DNA of 56,418 nt from an uncultured Aquificales bacterium. Its GTDB lineage: Bacteria; Thermosulfidibacterota; Thermosulfidibacteria; Thermosulfidibacterales; Thermosulfidibacteraceae. A program made the translations under genes and the position numbers. Shown here one piece after another: positions 24,591 through 36,245 of the stretch; positions within the stretch are counted from its first letter, which is position 1; the number at the start of each line of letters is the position of its first letter. Under the pieces are notes generated by a model. It did no database searches. It saw nothing but the letters and a program-made list of their open reading frames with translations, and was not told where the DNA came from. The stretch spans positions 1-56,418 of the forward strand of contig CAYVOC010000004.1 of assembly GCA_964453345.1 (NCBI GenBank), in the 5' to 3' direction.

Positions 24591-24875
24591 TCACTTCTTT
24601 ACTTTGGCCTTCTTCTTGTCCTCACCGTGACCGTGATAGGTTCTGGTGGGAGCAAACTCCCCGAGCTTATGCCCTATCATCTGCTCTGTAACATAAACAG
24701 GGATGAACTTTCTGCCGTTGTAAACGGCAAAGGTGTGTCCCACAAACTCAGGTATTATTGTGGATCTCCTGGACCAGGTCTTTATGACCTTCTTCTCTCC
24801 CTTCTCGTTAAGCTCCCTGACCTTCTTAAGGAGCTTGGGATCCACGTAGGGTCCTTTTTTCAAAGAGCGGCCCAT
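24591..24875 (-). CDS. rpsS: 30S ribosomal protein S19
   Basis: [24 protein letters not shown]. Confidence 0.98.
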   Translation of the reverse strand: MGRSLKKGPYVDPKLLKKVRELNEKGEKKVIKTWSRRSTIIPEFVGHTFAVYNGRKFIPVYVTEQMIGHKLGEFAPTRTYHGHGEDKKKAKVKK

Positions 24876-24887
24876 AGGCTAACCTCC

Positions 24888-25709
24888 TCACTTCCTTCTG
24901 GTAACGATAAACTTGTCAGATACCTTCTTGGGTTTCCTGGTCTTCATACCCTTGGTGCACCAACCCCAGGGACTGACAGGGTGTCTTCCCTTGGTCTTAC
25001 CCTCACCACCACCGTGGGGGTGATCCACAGGGTTCATGGCAGTTCCCCTGACATGGGGACGCCTGCCCAACCAGCGATTCCTACCCGCCTTGCCTATGAC
25101 AATGTTTTCATGATCCACATTGCCCACCTGACCGATAGTGGCCATACAGTTAACGTGAATGAGCCTCACCTCACCGGAAGGAAGCCTTACATGGGCATAG
25201 TCCCCTTCCTTGGCCATGAGCTGGGCGTAGGTTCCAGCAGCCCTGGCAATCTGTCCACCCTTGCCCGGTATAAGCTCAATATTGTGAATGAAGGTTCCCA
25301 CGGGAATATACTTTATGGGAAGGGCGTTGCCCACCTTTATCTCGGCATCAGGCCCGGCCATAACAGTATCCCCGACCTTCAACCCCTCAGGCCACAGGAT
25401 ATAACGCTTCTCCCCATCGGCGTAGTGGAGCAGGGCTATCCTTGCGGATCTGTTGGGATCATACTCAATCGCCGCCACCTTGGCGGGAACTCCCCACTTA
25501 TCCCTTTTGAAATCTATGATTCTGTATCTGCGCTTATGGCCACCACCCCTGAAACGAACGGTTATCCTACCCTGATTGTTGCGACCACCCGTAGATTTCA
25601 AGGGAACAGTCAGGGACTTCTCAGGGTAATCTTTGGTTATCTCTTCAAAGGTTGAAACCGTCATAAAACGCCTTCCAGGGGATGTGGGTTTATACCTTTT
25701 TATACCCAT
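24888..25709 (-). CDS. rplB: 50S ribosomal protein L2
   Basis: [36 protein letters not shown]. Confidence 0.98.
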   Translation of the reverse strand: MGIKRYKPTSPGRRFMTVSTFEEITKDYPEKSLTVPLKSTGGRNNQGRITVRFRGGGHKRRYRIIDFKRDKWGVPAKVAAIEYDPNRSARIALLHYADGEKRYILWPEGLKVGDTVMAGPDAEIKVGNALPIKYIPVGTFIHNIELIPGKGGQIARAAGTYAQLMAKEGDYAHVRLPSGEVRLIHVNCMATIGQVGNVDHENIVIGKAGRNRWLGRRPHVRGTAMNPVDHPHGGGEGKTKGRHPVSPWGWCTKGMKTRKPKKVSDKFIVTRRK

Positions 25710-25725
25710 AGCCCTTCAGCCCTCC

Positions 25726-26028
25726 TTATATGCTCTCAAAGAACTCTATCTTGTCCCCTTCCCTAAGCGTAACTATCGCCTTTTTCCAGTGCTTACCCTT
25801 CTTTATCACCATGCCCCAGCGTTTTTTATACTTGGGCTTCATGTTCATGGTGTTGACCTTCTCCACCTTCACCCCGAAAAGCTTCTCTATCGCGTTTTTA
25901 ATATCCTTCTTTGTTGCCTTGGGATGAACCTCAAAGGTGTATTTGTTCTGCTCCTCCTTCAGTCTCATGCTTTTCTCTGTGATTATGGGCCTGATTATAA
26001 CCTGATAGGGATCCTGCAAGAACTTCAT
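25726..26028 (-). CDS. rplW: 50S ribosomal protein L23
   Basis: [25 protein letters not shown]. Confidence 0.97.
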   Translation of the reverse strand: MKFLQDPYQVIIRPIITEKSMRLKEEQNKYTFEVHPKATKKDIKNAIEKLFGVKVEKVNTMNMKPKYKKRWGMVIKKGKHWKKAIVTLREGDKIEFFESI

Positions 26029-26651
26029 GACGCCAACCTCTCCTGTATAATGTCAAGAGCCGCCTTGGTTATGATAATCTTATCTGCGTTAAGCAGATCG
26101 TAAACGTTTACCGCCTGTGCCTTCAAAACCTTAACGTAGGGAATGTTTCTGGTTGACTTATCAAGGTTGAAATCTATCTCATCAACGATGATAAGAACCT
26201 TCTGACCATCAACACCAAGACCCTTCAAGAAGGCCACAGCCGTTCTGGTCTTGTGATTTTCAAGATCTATTGACTCCAAGAAAATTATATCCCCATCCCT
26301 GAACCTTGCCGTGAGGGCGCTTCTCACAGCAGCCCTTTTTGCTTTTTTGGGCATGGAGTAGCTGTAATCCCTGGGCTTTGGCCCGAAGACCACTCCACCG
26401 CCAACCCAATGGGGTGCCCTTATAGATCCCTGGCGGGCGCGTCCGGTTCCCTTCTGGGGCCAGGGCTTGCGACCTCCACCCCTAACCTCGCCCCTTGTTT
26501 TGGTGCAGGCGGTTCCGGCCCTGCGGGAGGCAAGCTGCATACGAACGGCCTCCCACATGAGATGCCTGTTTACCTTGGCGTTGAAGACCTTATCGTCAAG
26601 CTGGATTGTTCCCACCTCATCACCGCTCATATTTCTGAAAACCGCCTCCAT
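26025..26651 (-). CDS. rplD: 50S ribosomal protein L4
   Basis: [26 protein letters not shown]. Confidence 0.98.
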   Translation of the reverse strand: MEAVFRNMSGDEVGTIQLDDKVFNAKVNRHLMWEAVRMQLASRRAGTACTKTRGEVRGGGRKPWPQKGTGRARQGSIRAPHWVGGGVVFGPKPRDYSYSMPKKAKRAAVRSALTARFRDGDIIFLESIDLENHKTRTAVAFLKGLGVDGQKVLIIVDEIDFNLDKSTRNIPYVKVLKAQAVNVYDLLNADKIIITKAALDIIQERLAS

Positions 26652-26655
26652 GGCA

Positions 26656-27285
26656 TCACCTCATCTTCTGGAGAATCAAAAGGGATCCCCTGTGCCCGGG
26701 AACAGCTCCCTTAACCAAAATCAGATGCTTATCCGGATAAACGGCCACCACCTCAAGGTTCCTCACGGTGACCCTGTTGGTCCCCATATGACCCGGCATG
26801 CGTTTGCCCTTGTGAACCCTGGCGGGGAAGGTGCACATACCTATGGAACCCACAACCCTGTGGTATCTGGCACCGTGAGAGTCCCTGCTTCCCGCCATGC
26901 CGTGGCGCTTCATAACACCGGCAAATCCCCTTCCCTTGGTCCAGCCGGTGACCTTTATCCTCTCCCCAACCTCGAAGATATCGCAGTTTACCACCTGACC
27001 CTCTTCCACATCCTCCAGATCCTCAGGGGAAAGCCTTATCTCCTTGAGATACCTCAGGAAAGGAACGTTGTGCTTCTTAAAGTGCCCCGCCATGGGCTTG
27101 TTGACATGCTTCTCCTTTATCTGCTCAAGCCCGAGCTGAACAGCGGCGTATCCATCCCTGTCCGGGGTCTTCTTCTGAACCACCCAGCAGGGTCCCGCCT
27201 CTATAACGGTAACGGGGACAACCGTTCCGTCTTCCCTGAAGATTTGCGTCATGCCAAGCTTTTTGCCCAATATACCCGTAACCAT
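26656..27285 (-). CDS. rplC: 50S ribosomal protein L3
   Basis: [32 protein letters not shown]. Confidence 0.98.
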   Translation of the reverse strand: MVTGILGKKLGMTQIFREDGTVVPVTVIEAGPCWVVQKKTPDRDGYAAVQLGLEQIKEKHVNKPMAGHFKKHNVPFLRYLKEIRLSPEDLEDVEEGQVVNCDIFEVGERIKVTGWTKGRGFAGVMKRHGMAGSRDSHGARYHRVVGSIGMCTFPARVHKGKRMPGHMGTNRVTVRNLEVVAVYPDKHLILVKGAVPGHRGSLLILQKMR

Positions 27286-27310
27286 AACCCTCTCCCCTTA
27301 TAGTTAAGCC

Positions 27311-27634
27311 TTAGGCTTCTTGCTCCATGAGCTTTATCTCAACATCCACACCGGCTGCCAAATCAAGCTGCATAAGAGCATCTATGGTGTCAGAGGTCGG
27401 GTCCACAAGCTCTATTAATCTCTTGTGGACCCTTATCTCAAACTGCTCCCTTGATTTTTTGTTGACATGAGGGGAACGGAGCACGGTCCAGCGGCTTATC
27501 TTGGTGGGCAAGGGAATGGGACCCACCACCTTTGCACCGGTCCTGACCGCCGCCTTCACTATCTCCTCAACCGACTTATCAAGAACCCTGTGATCGTAAG
27601 CCTTCAGTTTTATTCTTATCCTTTGCCTCGCCAT
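27311..27634 (-). CDS. rpsJ: 30S ribosomal protein S10
   Basis: [31 protein letters not shown]. Confidence 0.98.
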   Translation of the reverse strand: MARQRIRIKLKAYDHRVLDKSVEEIVKAAVRTGAKVVGPIPLPTKISRWTVLRSPHVNKKSREQFEIRVHKRLIELVDPTSDTIDALMQLDLAAGVDVEIKLMEQEA

Positions 27635-28840
27635 GGCTTAATCCTCTATAACCTCCGTCACTACTCCTGCTCCTACCGTCCTCCCACCTTCCCTTATCGC
27701 AAACCTCAATCCAGGCTCCAACGCTACAGGATATATCAGCTCCACATACATGTTCACATTGTCTCCCGGCATCACCATCTCCACTCCCTCAGGCAACGTG
27801 ATCGTCCCCGTCACATCCGTCGTCCTGAAGTAAAACTGCGGCCTGTATCCACTAAAGAACGGCGTGTGCCTTCCCCCCTCCTCCTTCGTCAACACGTAAA
27901 CCTCTGCCTTGAACTTCCTATACGGCTTGATGCTACCAGGCTCAGCCAATACCTGACCACGCTCTACCTCGTCCTTACCTATCCCCCTCAGCAACACTCC
28001 TATGTTGTCCCCAGCTATCGCCTCATCCAATATCTTCCTGAACATCTCCACACTCGTCGCAACCGTCTTCCTCGTCGGTCCCAACCCAACTATCTCTACC
28101 TCATCCCCAGGCCTCAGCCTGCCACGCTCCACCCTACCAGTCACAACTGTACCACGTCCACTTATGCTGAACACATCCTCTATCGGCATCAAAAACGGCT
28201 TGTCCACAGGCCTAACTGGCTCAGGTATATACTCATCCACCGCCTTCATCAGCTCCACTATGGGCCCACAATTGGGACAATCATCCTTACCACATCCACA
28301 CTCCAACGCCTTCAGCGCACTCCCCCTTATCACTGGCACCTCATCCCCAGGAAAGTCATACTTGCTCAACAGCTCCCTTATCTCTAACTCAACAAGCTCC
28401 AACAGCTCCTCGTCATCCACCATGTCCACCTTGTTCATAAACACCACTATCGCAGGAACATTAACCTGCCTCGCCAGCAACACATGCTCCCTCGTCTGCG
28501 GCATGGGTCCATCTGCTGCACTAACCACCAGTATCGCACCGTCCATCTGCGCAGCACCCGTTATCATGTTCTTGATGTAGTCAGCATGCCCAGGACAGTC
28601 TATGTGCGCATAGTGCCTATTCTCCGTCTCATACTCTATGTGCGCAACGTTAATCGTAACTCCCCTCTCCCTCTCCTCAGGCGCCTTGTCTATCGCCTCA
28701 AACGGTATATACTCTCCCAATCCCCTCGCAGCCAGCACCTTCGTTATCGCCGCCGTCAATGTGGTCTTCCCATGATCCACGTGCCCTATGGTCCCTATGT
28801 TTACGTGCGGCTTTTTCCTTTCAAACTTCTCCTTGCCCAT
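27632..28840. repeat. About 1.2 kb direct repeat, copy 1 (tuf plus TAA-GCC-ATG junction)
   Basis: Matches 43781-44989 (offset 16149) in every stretch compared by eye; sense and antisense ORF translations are also identical. Confidence 0.9.
27638..28840 (-). CDS. tuf: Elongation factor Tu (str-operon copy)
   Basis: [38 protein letters not shown]. Confidence 0.99.
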   Translation of the reverse strand: MGKEKFERKKPHVNIGTIGHVDHGKTTLTAAITKVLAARGLGEYIPFEAIDKAPEERERGVTINVAHIEYETENRHYAHIDCPGHADYIKNMITGAAQMDGAILVVSAADGPMPQTREHVLLARQVNVPAIVVFMNKVDMVDDEELLELVELEIRELLSKYDFPGDEVPVIRGSALKALECGCGKDDCPNCGPIVELMKAVDEYIPEPVRPVDKPFLMPIEDVFSISGRGTVVTGRVERGRLRPGDEVEIVGLGPTRKTVATSVEMFRKILDEAIAGDNIGVLLRGIGKDEVERGQVLAEPGSIKPYRKFKAEVYVLTKEEGGRHTPFFSGYRPQFYFRTTDVTGTITLPEGVEMVMPGDNVNMYVELIYPVALEPGLRFAIREGGRTVGAGVVTEVIED

Positions 28841-28860
28841 GATATCCCTCCTCTATAAAT

Positions 28861-30951
28861 TTACGCAGCCTTGTTTCTCTTACCGATTATCTCCTGAGCA
28901 ACATTCTGAGGAACCTCCTCATAGTGGCTGAACTGCATGGTGAAGGTTCCCCTACCCTGGGTCAGAGAACGCAGGGTCGTGGCATAGCCAAACATCTCCG
29001 CAAGCGGCACAAGGGCATCTATGACCTTGGCGTTCTTCCTTTCGGTAATGCTCTGGATCTTTCCGCGCCTTGCGTTCAGATCACCTATAACCTCACCCAT
29101 GTATTCTTCCGGCACAATCACTTCAACCTTCATTATGGGCTCAAGCAAAACGGGTTTGGCTTTGGATGCCGCCTCTTTGAAGGCCATGGAAGCGGCAATC
29201 TTAAAGGCAAGATCCGAAGAGTCAACCTCGTGGTAAGATCCATCCACAAGCTTCACCTTCAGATCCACCATGGGATAGCCGGCCAAGACTCCTGTCTCCA
29301 TAGCCTCTCTCACGCCCTTCTCAACGGCAGGGATGAACTCCTTGGGAACCACACCACCCACAATGTGATCCTCAAAGACAAAACCGCTTCCGGGCTCAAG
29401 GGGCTCTATCTCAAGGACAACGTGTCCGTATTGTCCACGACCACCCGTCTGCTTGATGTATTTGCCCTCAGCCTTTGCGGGCTTTCTGATGGTCTCCTTA
29501 TAGGCAACATGGGGCTTACCCACATTGGCCTCCACCTTGAACTCACGGCGGAGTCTATCCACTATGATCTCAAGGTGCAGCTCACCCATACCGGATATGA
29601 GGGTCTGCCCCGTCTCCTCGTCAAACTTGACCCTGAAGGAGGGATCCTCCTGGGCAAGCTTGGAAAGAGCATTTCCGAGCTTGTCCTGATCCGCCTTGGT
29701 CTTGGGCTCTATGGCGACAGAGATAACAGGCTCGGGGAACTCCATGGCCTCCAGCACTATGGGATGCTTGAGGTCGCAGAGGGTGTCACCGGTTATAACA
29801 TCCTTCAACCCAACGGCAGCCGCAATATCTCCAGCCTTAACCTCGGTGATCTCCTCCCGCTTGTTGGCATGCATCCTGAGCAGTCTTCCAATTCTCTCCT
29901 TCTTACCACGACGGGTATTGAGAACAGTATCACCGCTCCTCATCTTACCGGAGTAAACCCTGAAGTAAACAAGCTGTCCCACGAAGGGATCCACCATCAC
30001 CTTAAAGGCAAGGGCACAGAAGGGTTCATCCTCACTGGGATACCTCACCTCCTCCTCACCGGTGTCAGGATTCACCCCCTTGACAGGAGGCAGATCAACC
30101 GGCGAAGGGAGGAAATCAACAACCGCATCCAAGAGCGGCTGAACGCCTTTGTTCTTGAAGGCCGATCCACAAAGAACGGGGAACACATCAAGATTTATTG
30201 TTCCTTTCCTTATTGCTGCCTTTATCTCCTCAGGGGTTATCTCCTCTCCCTCAAGATACTTCTCCATTATATTCTCGTCTATATCGGCCAGCGTCTCTAT
30301 CATCTTCTCCCTGTATTCGGCAGCCATATCCTTAAGATTATCGGGAATCTCCTCGTAGTGATACCTGGCACCCAGGGTCTCCTCTTCCCAGACAATGGCC
30401 TTCATATCAATCAGATCCACAACACCCACAAAATCCGCCTCAGCCCCTATGGGCAGCTGGATCACCAAGGGCTTGGCTCCAAGCCTCTCCTCTATCATGT
30501 CAACGGCACCGAAGAAGTCGGCACCCACCCTGTCCATCTTGTTCACGAAAACGATTCTGGGAACGCGGTATTTATCCGCCTGACGCCAAACCGTCTCCGT
30601 CTGGGGCTCAACACCACCCACAGCACAGAGAACGGTTATGGCTCCATCCAGAACCCTGAGGGAACGCTCCACCTCAACGGTGAAATCCACGTGTCCCGGC
30701 GTGTCTATAATGTTTATCCTGTGATTCTTCCAGAAGCAGGTGGTAGCGGCGGCGGTTATGGTGATGCCGCGCTCCTTCTCCTGCTCCATCCAGTCCATGG
30801 TGGCGGTGCCTTCATGCACCTCACCGATCTTGTGCGTCCTTCCCGTGTAGTAAAGGATACGCTCGGTGGTGGTGGTTTTCCCAGCGTCAATGTGGGCCAT
30901 CAGACCGATGTTGCGTATCCGTTCTATGGGAACCTTAATCTCATCCGCCAT
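28861..30951 (-). CDS. fusA: Elongation factor G
   Basis: [41 protein letters not shown]. Confidence 0.99.
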   Translation of the reverse strand: MADEIKVPIERIRNIGLMAHIDAGKTTTTERILYYTGRTHKIGEVHEGTATMDWMEQEKERGITITAAATTCFWKNHRINIIDTPGHVDFTVEVERSLRVLDGAITVLCAVGGVEPQTETVWRQADKYRVPRIVFVNKMDRVGADFFGAVDMIEERLGAKPLVIQLPIGAEADFVGVVDLIDMKAIVWEEETLGARYHYEEIPDNLKDMAAEYREKMIETLADIDENIMEKYLEGEEITPEEIKAAIRKGTINLDVFPVLCGSAFKNKGVQPLLDAVVDFLPSPVDLPPVKGVNPDTGEEEVRYPSEDEPFCALAFKVMVDPFVGQLVYFRVYSGKMRSGDTVLNTRRGKKERIGRLLRMHANKREEITEVKAGDIAAAVGLKDVITGDTLCDLKHPIVLEAMEFPEPVISVAIEPKTKADQDKLGNALSKLAQEDPSFRVKFDEETGQTLISGMGELHLEIIVDRLRREFKVEANVGKPHVAYKETIRKPAKAEGKYIKQTGGRGQYGHVVLEIEPLEPGSGFVFEDHIVGGVVPKEFIPAVEKGVREAMETGVLAGYPMVDLKVKLVDGSYHEVDSSDLAFKIAASMAFKEAASKAKPVLLEPIMKVEVIVPEEYMGEVIGDLNARRGKIQSITERKNAKVIDALVPLAEMFGYATTLRSLTQGRGTFTMQFSHYEEVPQNVAQEIIGKRNKAA

Positions 30952-30976
30952 CTTACCAGCTACCTCCTAAGCAACT

Positions 30977-31459
<483 letters not shown>

Positions 31460-31834
31460 TTACTTCTTAGGTTTCTTGGTTCCGTATTTGGAACGGGACT
31501 GCCTTCTTCCCTCAACTCCGGCGCAATCCAGAGCACCACGGATGATGTGGTATCTGACACCGGGCAGATCCTTAACACGGCCTCCCCTCACCAGCACTAT
31601 GGAGTGCTCCTGAAGGTTGTGTCCTATACCCGGGATGTAGGCGGTGACCTCTATGCCGTTGGTCAGCCTCACCCTGGCAACCTTACGCAGAGCCGAATTG
31701 GGCTTCTTCGGGGTAACCGTGTAGACCCTGGTGCACACCCCTCTTTTCTGCGGACAGCCCTGCAAGGCCGGAGCCGAACTTCTCTTTTTCTTGCGCTCCC
31801 TTCCGTATCTAACCAGCTGATTTATAGTTGGCAT
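31460..31834 (-). CDS. rpsL: 30S ribosomal protein S12
   Basis: [31 protein letters not shown]. Confidence 0.99.
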   Translation of the reverse strand: MPTINQLVRYGRERKKKRSSAPALQGCPQKRGVCTRVYTVTPKKPNSALRKVARVRLTNGIEVTAYIPGIGHNLQEHSIVLVRGGRVKDLPGVRYHIIRGALDCAGVEGRRQSRSKYGTKKPKK

Positions 31835-31873
31835 AACACCACCTCCCTAAGCACCACACAAAAGCGGCTTAGC

Positions 31874-31902
31874 AATATATATATGCGTTTATTCGCTGTC
31901 AA
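31874..31902 (-). promoter_or_regulatory. Sigma70-type promoter for rpsL (str operon)
   Basis: TTGACA-N17-TATATT; the -35 lies in the last codons of rpoC. Confidence 0.8.
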
Positions 31903-34900
31903 GAGGCTCCTTAAGGTTTTCCTCTTCCAGCTCCAGAGGAACCCTTATCTCCGTATCCCTGTATCTTCTCATTCCCGTTCCAGCCGGGATAAGCCTGCCT
32001 ACTATCACATTCTCCTTCAGGCCCCTGAGGTAATCTATCTTGCCCCTGACTGCAGCATCCGCAAGGACCCTTGTTGTCTCCTGGAAGGATGCCGCCGAAA
32101 TCCAGCTCTCACTCTGAACCGCAGCCTTGGCTATACCCACCAGTATGGGCTTGGCAGTGGCAGGCCTGCCCCCTTCCTCGAGAACCCTCCTGTTTTCATC
32201 CTCAAACTCAAACTTATTCACCTCATCCCCGGGCAGGAACTTAGTGTCGCCCGGATCCTCAATTCTCACCTTCTTCAACATCTGGCGAACGATCAGCTCT
32301 ATGTGCCTGTCGTTGATGTCAACCCCCTGAGACCTGTAGATCTTCTGTATTTCGTCCACAAGATAGGTTCTAACCTTCTGGATGCTCAAAACCTCAAGCA
32401 GATCGTGGGGATCAATATCGCCCTCAACTAAACGGTCACCAGCCCTAACGTAATCACCGGTTTTCACTATCAGGGCCTTGGACTGAGGGATGAGGTATTC
32501 TCTGGTCTCTCCCTCGCCCCTTATGGTGACCTTTATCTTGCCCCTGACGGGTGATCCAACCTCAACAAAACCGTTTATCTCGGATATAATGGCCTTCTCC
32601 TTGGGCCTTCTCGCCTCAAAGAGCTGGACAACCTTCGGCAAACCACCGGTGATGTCCTTGGTTTTCGCAAGCTCCCTCGGGATCTTGGCGATTATATCAC
32701 CGGGATAGACTATGTCACCCTCTCTGACCATGATGTAGGTTCCGGCCGAAAGGGGATACCTTCCGATGGTCTTGACCTCCCTCTCGTTCTCGGCAGGTAT
32801 CCACCAGGCAAGATCCTGACCGGCCTCAACCACATCCTTATCCCTTACCTTGAGGATGGCGCCCTTGGGAATGTGATACTCCTTCACCTCCTCATCGCCA
32901 ACCACAACTATCTTTGCACCCTCATTCTTGACAACCAGCTCCCCGTTCCATTCCTCAACTTCAACGTTTTCAAATCTAACCTTACCGGAGATTTCAGCCT
33001 TTCTGTATCCAGCCTTTATAGAGAGCCTTGGGTTACGTTTCTCATCCTTGGACTCAATAATGACCCTGTAAACCATTCCCGTGGCCTCGTCTATCTCCTC
33101 CTTCATGGTGACGCCCTCTATGACATCACCGAACTTGACCCTTCCAGGAACCTCGGTGATGAAGGGGGTGTTGTAGGGATCCCACTTGAGCAGGATCTGA
33201 CCGGGCTTCACCTCCTGCCCATCCTTGACCATCAGGATGGCACCGTAGGCCACGGGATAGCTCTCCTTCTCCTTGCCCTTCTCGTCCACTATCTTCAGCT
33301 CACCGTCACGGTTCAGAACAACAAGCTCACCGTTCCTGTTGGTGATGACCTTGAGATTCACATACTTAACAATTCCCTGGGTCTTTGCCTCATACTGAGA
33401 AACCTCGGAAACGGTGGCGGTTCCACCTATGTGGAAGGTTCTCATGGTAAGCTGGGTTCCGGGCTCACCGATGGACTGGGCGGCAATGATACCAACTGCC
33501 TCTCCTATATCAACAAGCTTTCTCCTTGAAAGATCCCAGCCGTAGCACTTCTGGCACACACCGTAGCGGGACTCGCAGGTCAACACCGAGCGTATGCCCA
33601 CCCTTTTGATTCCCGCCTCCTCAATTCTCTTGGCCTTCTCCTCGTCTATGATCTCACCGGCCCTGACAATATAGGTTTCCTCATCCTCGGCGAAGGGATC
33701 CTTTATATCCTCAAGGGCAACCCTACCCACAATCCTGTCGGCAAGGGATTCGTAGATCTTTCCACCCTCAACCAAAGGCTCAACGTATATTCCCTCAACT
33801 GTTCCGCAGTCCTCTTCCACCACTATCTCATGGTGGGCAACGTCCACCAGCTTCCTGGTGAGATACCCGGCGTTCGCCGTCTTCAAAGCGGTATCGGCAA
33901 GTCCCTTTCTGGCACCGTGGGTTGAAACGAAATACTGCAGGACAGACAAGCCTTCCCTGAAGTTGGAGGTAATGGGGGTTTCAATAATATCACCGGAGGG
34001 CTTGGCCATAAGACCTCTCATTCCCGCAAGCTGTCTGATCTGAGCGGTTCCACCACGGGCTCCGGAATCGGCCATGATGTATATGGAGTTGAAGTCCTTG
34101 GGAGTGCCGTCGGGATTGAACCCGTTCACATTCATTATCTCCTCGTCCTTCTTCTTGAGCATCTCCATAAGCTCGCTGGTGACCCTCTCGGTAGCCTCGT
34201 TCCATATGGCAACGGTCTTGTTATACTTCTCACCCCTGGTGATGTATCCCTGTTTAAACTGCTCCTCCACCTCCTTGACCTTGGCAAAGGCCTCCTCAAT
34301 GATCTCCCACTTGGCAGGAGGCACCTCAAGATCATCTATGGAGATGGAGATGGCCGACTTCGTTGCAAGCTCAAAGCCCATATCCTTAAGCCTATCAAGA
34401 AACTCCACGGCAACGGTATTTCCACCCCTCTTTACAACCTCAAAGACTATGTTTTGAAGAACCTTCTTGGTAAGAACCCTATTAACCTCCTCAAACTTTA
34501 TCACAGGAGGAACAATCAGATAGAAGAGAACCCTTCCAACCGTTGTATCGTAGAGCCTGCCGTTTATCCTCACCTTTATCTTGGCCTGCAGATGAACGGC
34601 ACCCTCCTCATAGGCTATGCGCACCTCCTCAGGGGAAGAAAAGATCTTGCCCTCTCCCTTCGCCTTAGCCCTGGGCTTGCTCAAATAGTAAAGTCCAAGA
34701 ACCATATCCTGGGTAGGATAGGTGAGAGGCTTGCCGTGGGCAGGAGACAGTATGTTGTGGTTCGCCATGATCTGGGTGTGGCATTCGGTCTGGGCCTCAA
34801 GGGAAAGGGGCACATGAACCGCCATTTGATCCCCGTCAAAGTCGGCGTTATAGGGCACGCAGACAAGGGGATGTATCTTTATCGCCTTCTCCTCCACAAG

Positions 34901-36226
34901 AATGGGTTCAAAGGCCTGAATAGAGGGTCTGTGGAGGGTGGGGGCTCTATTCAGAAGCACAGGGTGCTCCTTCACCACCTCATCCAGGGCATCCCACACC
35001 TCAGGAACCTGCTGCTCCACAAGTTTCTTGGCGCTTTTAACCGTTGGAGCAACCTGCTTTTCGTATATAAGCTTGTGCATGATGAAGGGCTTGAATAGCT
35101 CAAGGGCCATGATCTTGGGAAGTCCACACTGGTTCAGCTTCAACTCGGGCCCGACAACGATAACAGAACGCCCGGAATAATCCACCCTCTTACCGAGCAG
35201 ATTCTGCCTGAACCTTCCCTGCTTGCCCCTGAGGGTATCGGACAGAGACTTCAGAGGTCTGCCGTTGGACCCCTTGATGGGACGGGCCATCCTTCCATTG
35301 TCAAAGAGGGCATCCACCGCCTCCTGGAGCATACGCTTCTCATTCCTGATGATGATCTCAGGGGCCTTCAGTTCAAGCAGCCTCTTCAGGCGGTTGTTCC
35401 TGTTTATAACACGCCTGTAAAGATCGTTGAGATCACTTGTGGCAAACCTTCCACCGTCCAAAGGAACGAGGGGCCTGAGATCCGGGGGAATAACGGGGAT
35501 AACCTCAAGGATCATCCACTCCGGTCTGTTTCCAGACTCAATAAAGGCCTGAACGAGCCTGAGCCTCTTTATGATATCCTTGGCCGCCTGAGAAGAGCGG
35601 ACCTCTCTAAGCTGCCTTTTAAGCTCATCCTCAAGCTCATGCAGATCTATCTTCTTCAACAGATCCCTTATGGCCTCAGCCCCCATGCGGGCGTCAAAGG
35701 CATCCCCGAACTGCTCCCTAAGCACCCTGTATCTTGCCTCAGAGAGGATCTCCTTCTCCTTGAGGGGAGTATCTCCGGGGTCAACCACTATGTAGGACTC
35801 ATAGTAGATGACCCTCTCGAGATCCTTTATGGAAAGACCGAGCAGGGTTCCGATCTTGCTGGGAAGGACCTTTACATACCATATGTGGGCCACGGGAGCG
35901 GCAAGCTCAATGTGCCCCATGCGCTCCCTTCTCACCTTGGAGGTGGTAACCTCCACACCACACTTATCACAAACAATACCTCTGTGCTTGATCTTTTTAT
36001 ACTTGCCGCAAAGGCACTCCCAATCCTTAACCGGACCGAAGATCCTGGCACAGAAAAGGCCGTCCTTCTCGGGTTTGAAGGTTCTGTAGTTTATGGTTTC
36101 AGGCTTTTTGACTTCACCATAGGACCATTCCCTGATCTTCTCAGGTGAGGCAAGTTTTATCCTTACAGCCTCAATATCCGAAGGATCCTGAGGCTGCTCG
36201 TAGAATTCAAGGATGTTCTCAACCAC
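31889..36226 (-). CDS. rpoC: RNA polymerase beta' subunit
   Basis: [51 protein letters not shown]. Confidence 0.99.
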   Translation of the reverse strand: MVENILEFYEQPQDPSDIEAVRIKLASPEKIREWSYGEVKKPETINYRTFKPEKDGLFCARIFGPVKDWECLCGKYKKIKHRGIVCDKCGVEVTTSKVRRERMGHIELAAPVAHIWYVKVLPSKIGTLLGLSIKDLERVIYYESYIVVDPGDTPLKEKEILSEARYRVLREQFGDAFDARMGAEAIRDLLKKIDLHELEDELKRQLREVRSSQAAKDIIKRLRLVQAFIESGNRPEWMILEVIPVIPPDLRPLVPLDGGRFATSDLNDLYRRVINRNNRLKRLLELKAPEIIIRNEKRMLQEAVDALFDNGRMARPIKGSNGRPLKSLSDTLRGKQGRFRQNLLGKRVDYSGRSVIVVGPELKLNQCGLPKIMALELFKPFIMHKLIYEKQVAPTVKSAKKLVEQQVPEVWDALDEVVKEHPVLLNRAPTLHRPSIQAFEPILVEEKAIKIHPLVCVPYNADFDGDQMAVHVPLSLEAQTECHTQIMANHNILSPAHGKPLTYPTQDMVLGLYYLSKPRAKAKGEGKIFSSPEEVRIAYEEGAVHLQAKIKVRINGRLYDTTVGRVLFYLIVPPVIKFEEVNRVLTKKVLQNIVFEVVKRGGNTVAVEFLDRLKDMGFELATKSAISISIDDLEVPPAKWEIIEEAFAKVKEVEEQFKQGYITRGEKYNKTVAIWNEATERVTSELMEMLKKKDEEIMNVNGFNPDGTPKDFNSIYIMADSGARGGTAQIRQLAGMRGLMAKPSGDIIETPITSNFREGLSVLQYFVSTHGARKGLADTALKTANAGYLTRKLVDVAHHEIVVEEDCGTVEGIYVEPLVEGGKIYESLADRIVGRVALEDIKDPFAEDEETYIVRAGEIIDEEKAKRIEEAGIKRVGIRSVLTCESRYGVCQKCYGWDLSRRKLVDIGEAVGIIAAQSIGEPGTQLTMRTFHIGGTATVSEVSQYEAKTQGIVKYVNLKVITNRNGELVVLNRDGELKIVDEKGKEKESYPVAYGAILMVKDGQEVKPGQILLKWDPYNTPFITEVPGRVKFGDVIEGVTMKEEIDEATGMVYRVIIESKDEKRNPRLSIKAGYRKAEISGKVRFENVEVEEWNGELVVKNEGAKIVVVGDEEVKEYHIPKGAILKVRDKDVVEAGQDLAWWIPAENEREVKTIGRYPLSAGTYIMVREGDIVYPGDIIAKIPRELAKTKDITGGLPKVVQLFEARRPKEKAIISEINGFVEVGSPVRGKIKVTIRGEGETREYLIPQSKALIVKTGDYVRAGDRLVEGDIDPHDLLEVLSIQKVRTYLVDEIQKIYRSQGVDINDRHIELIVRQMLKKVRIEDPGDTKFLPGDEVNKFEFEDENRRVLEEGGRPATAKPILVGIAKAAVQSESWISAASFQETTRVLADAAVRGKIDYLRGLKENVIVGRLIPAGTGMRRYRDTEIRVPLELEEENLKEPLDSE

Positions 36227-36245
36227 GAATCATCCCCCCTTTTGC

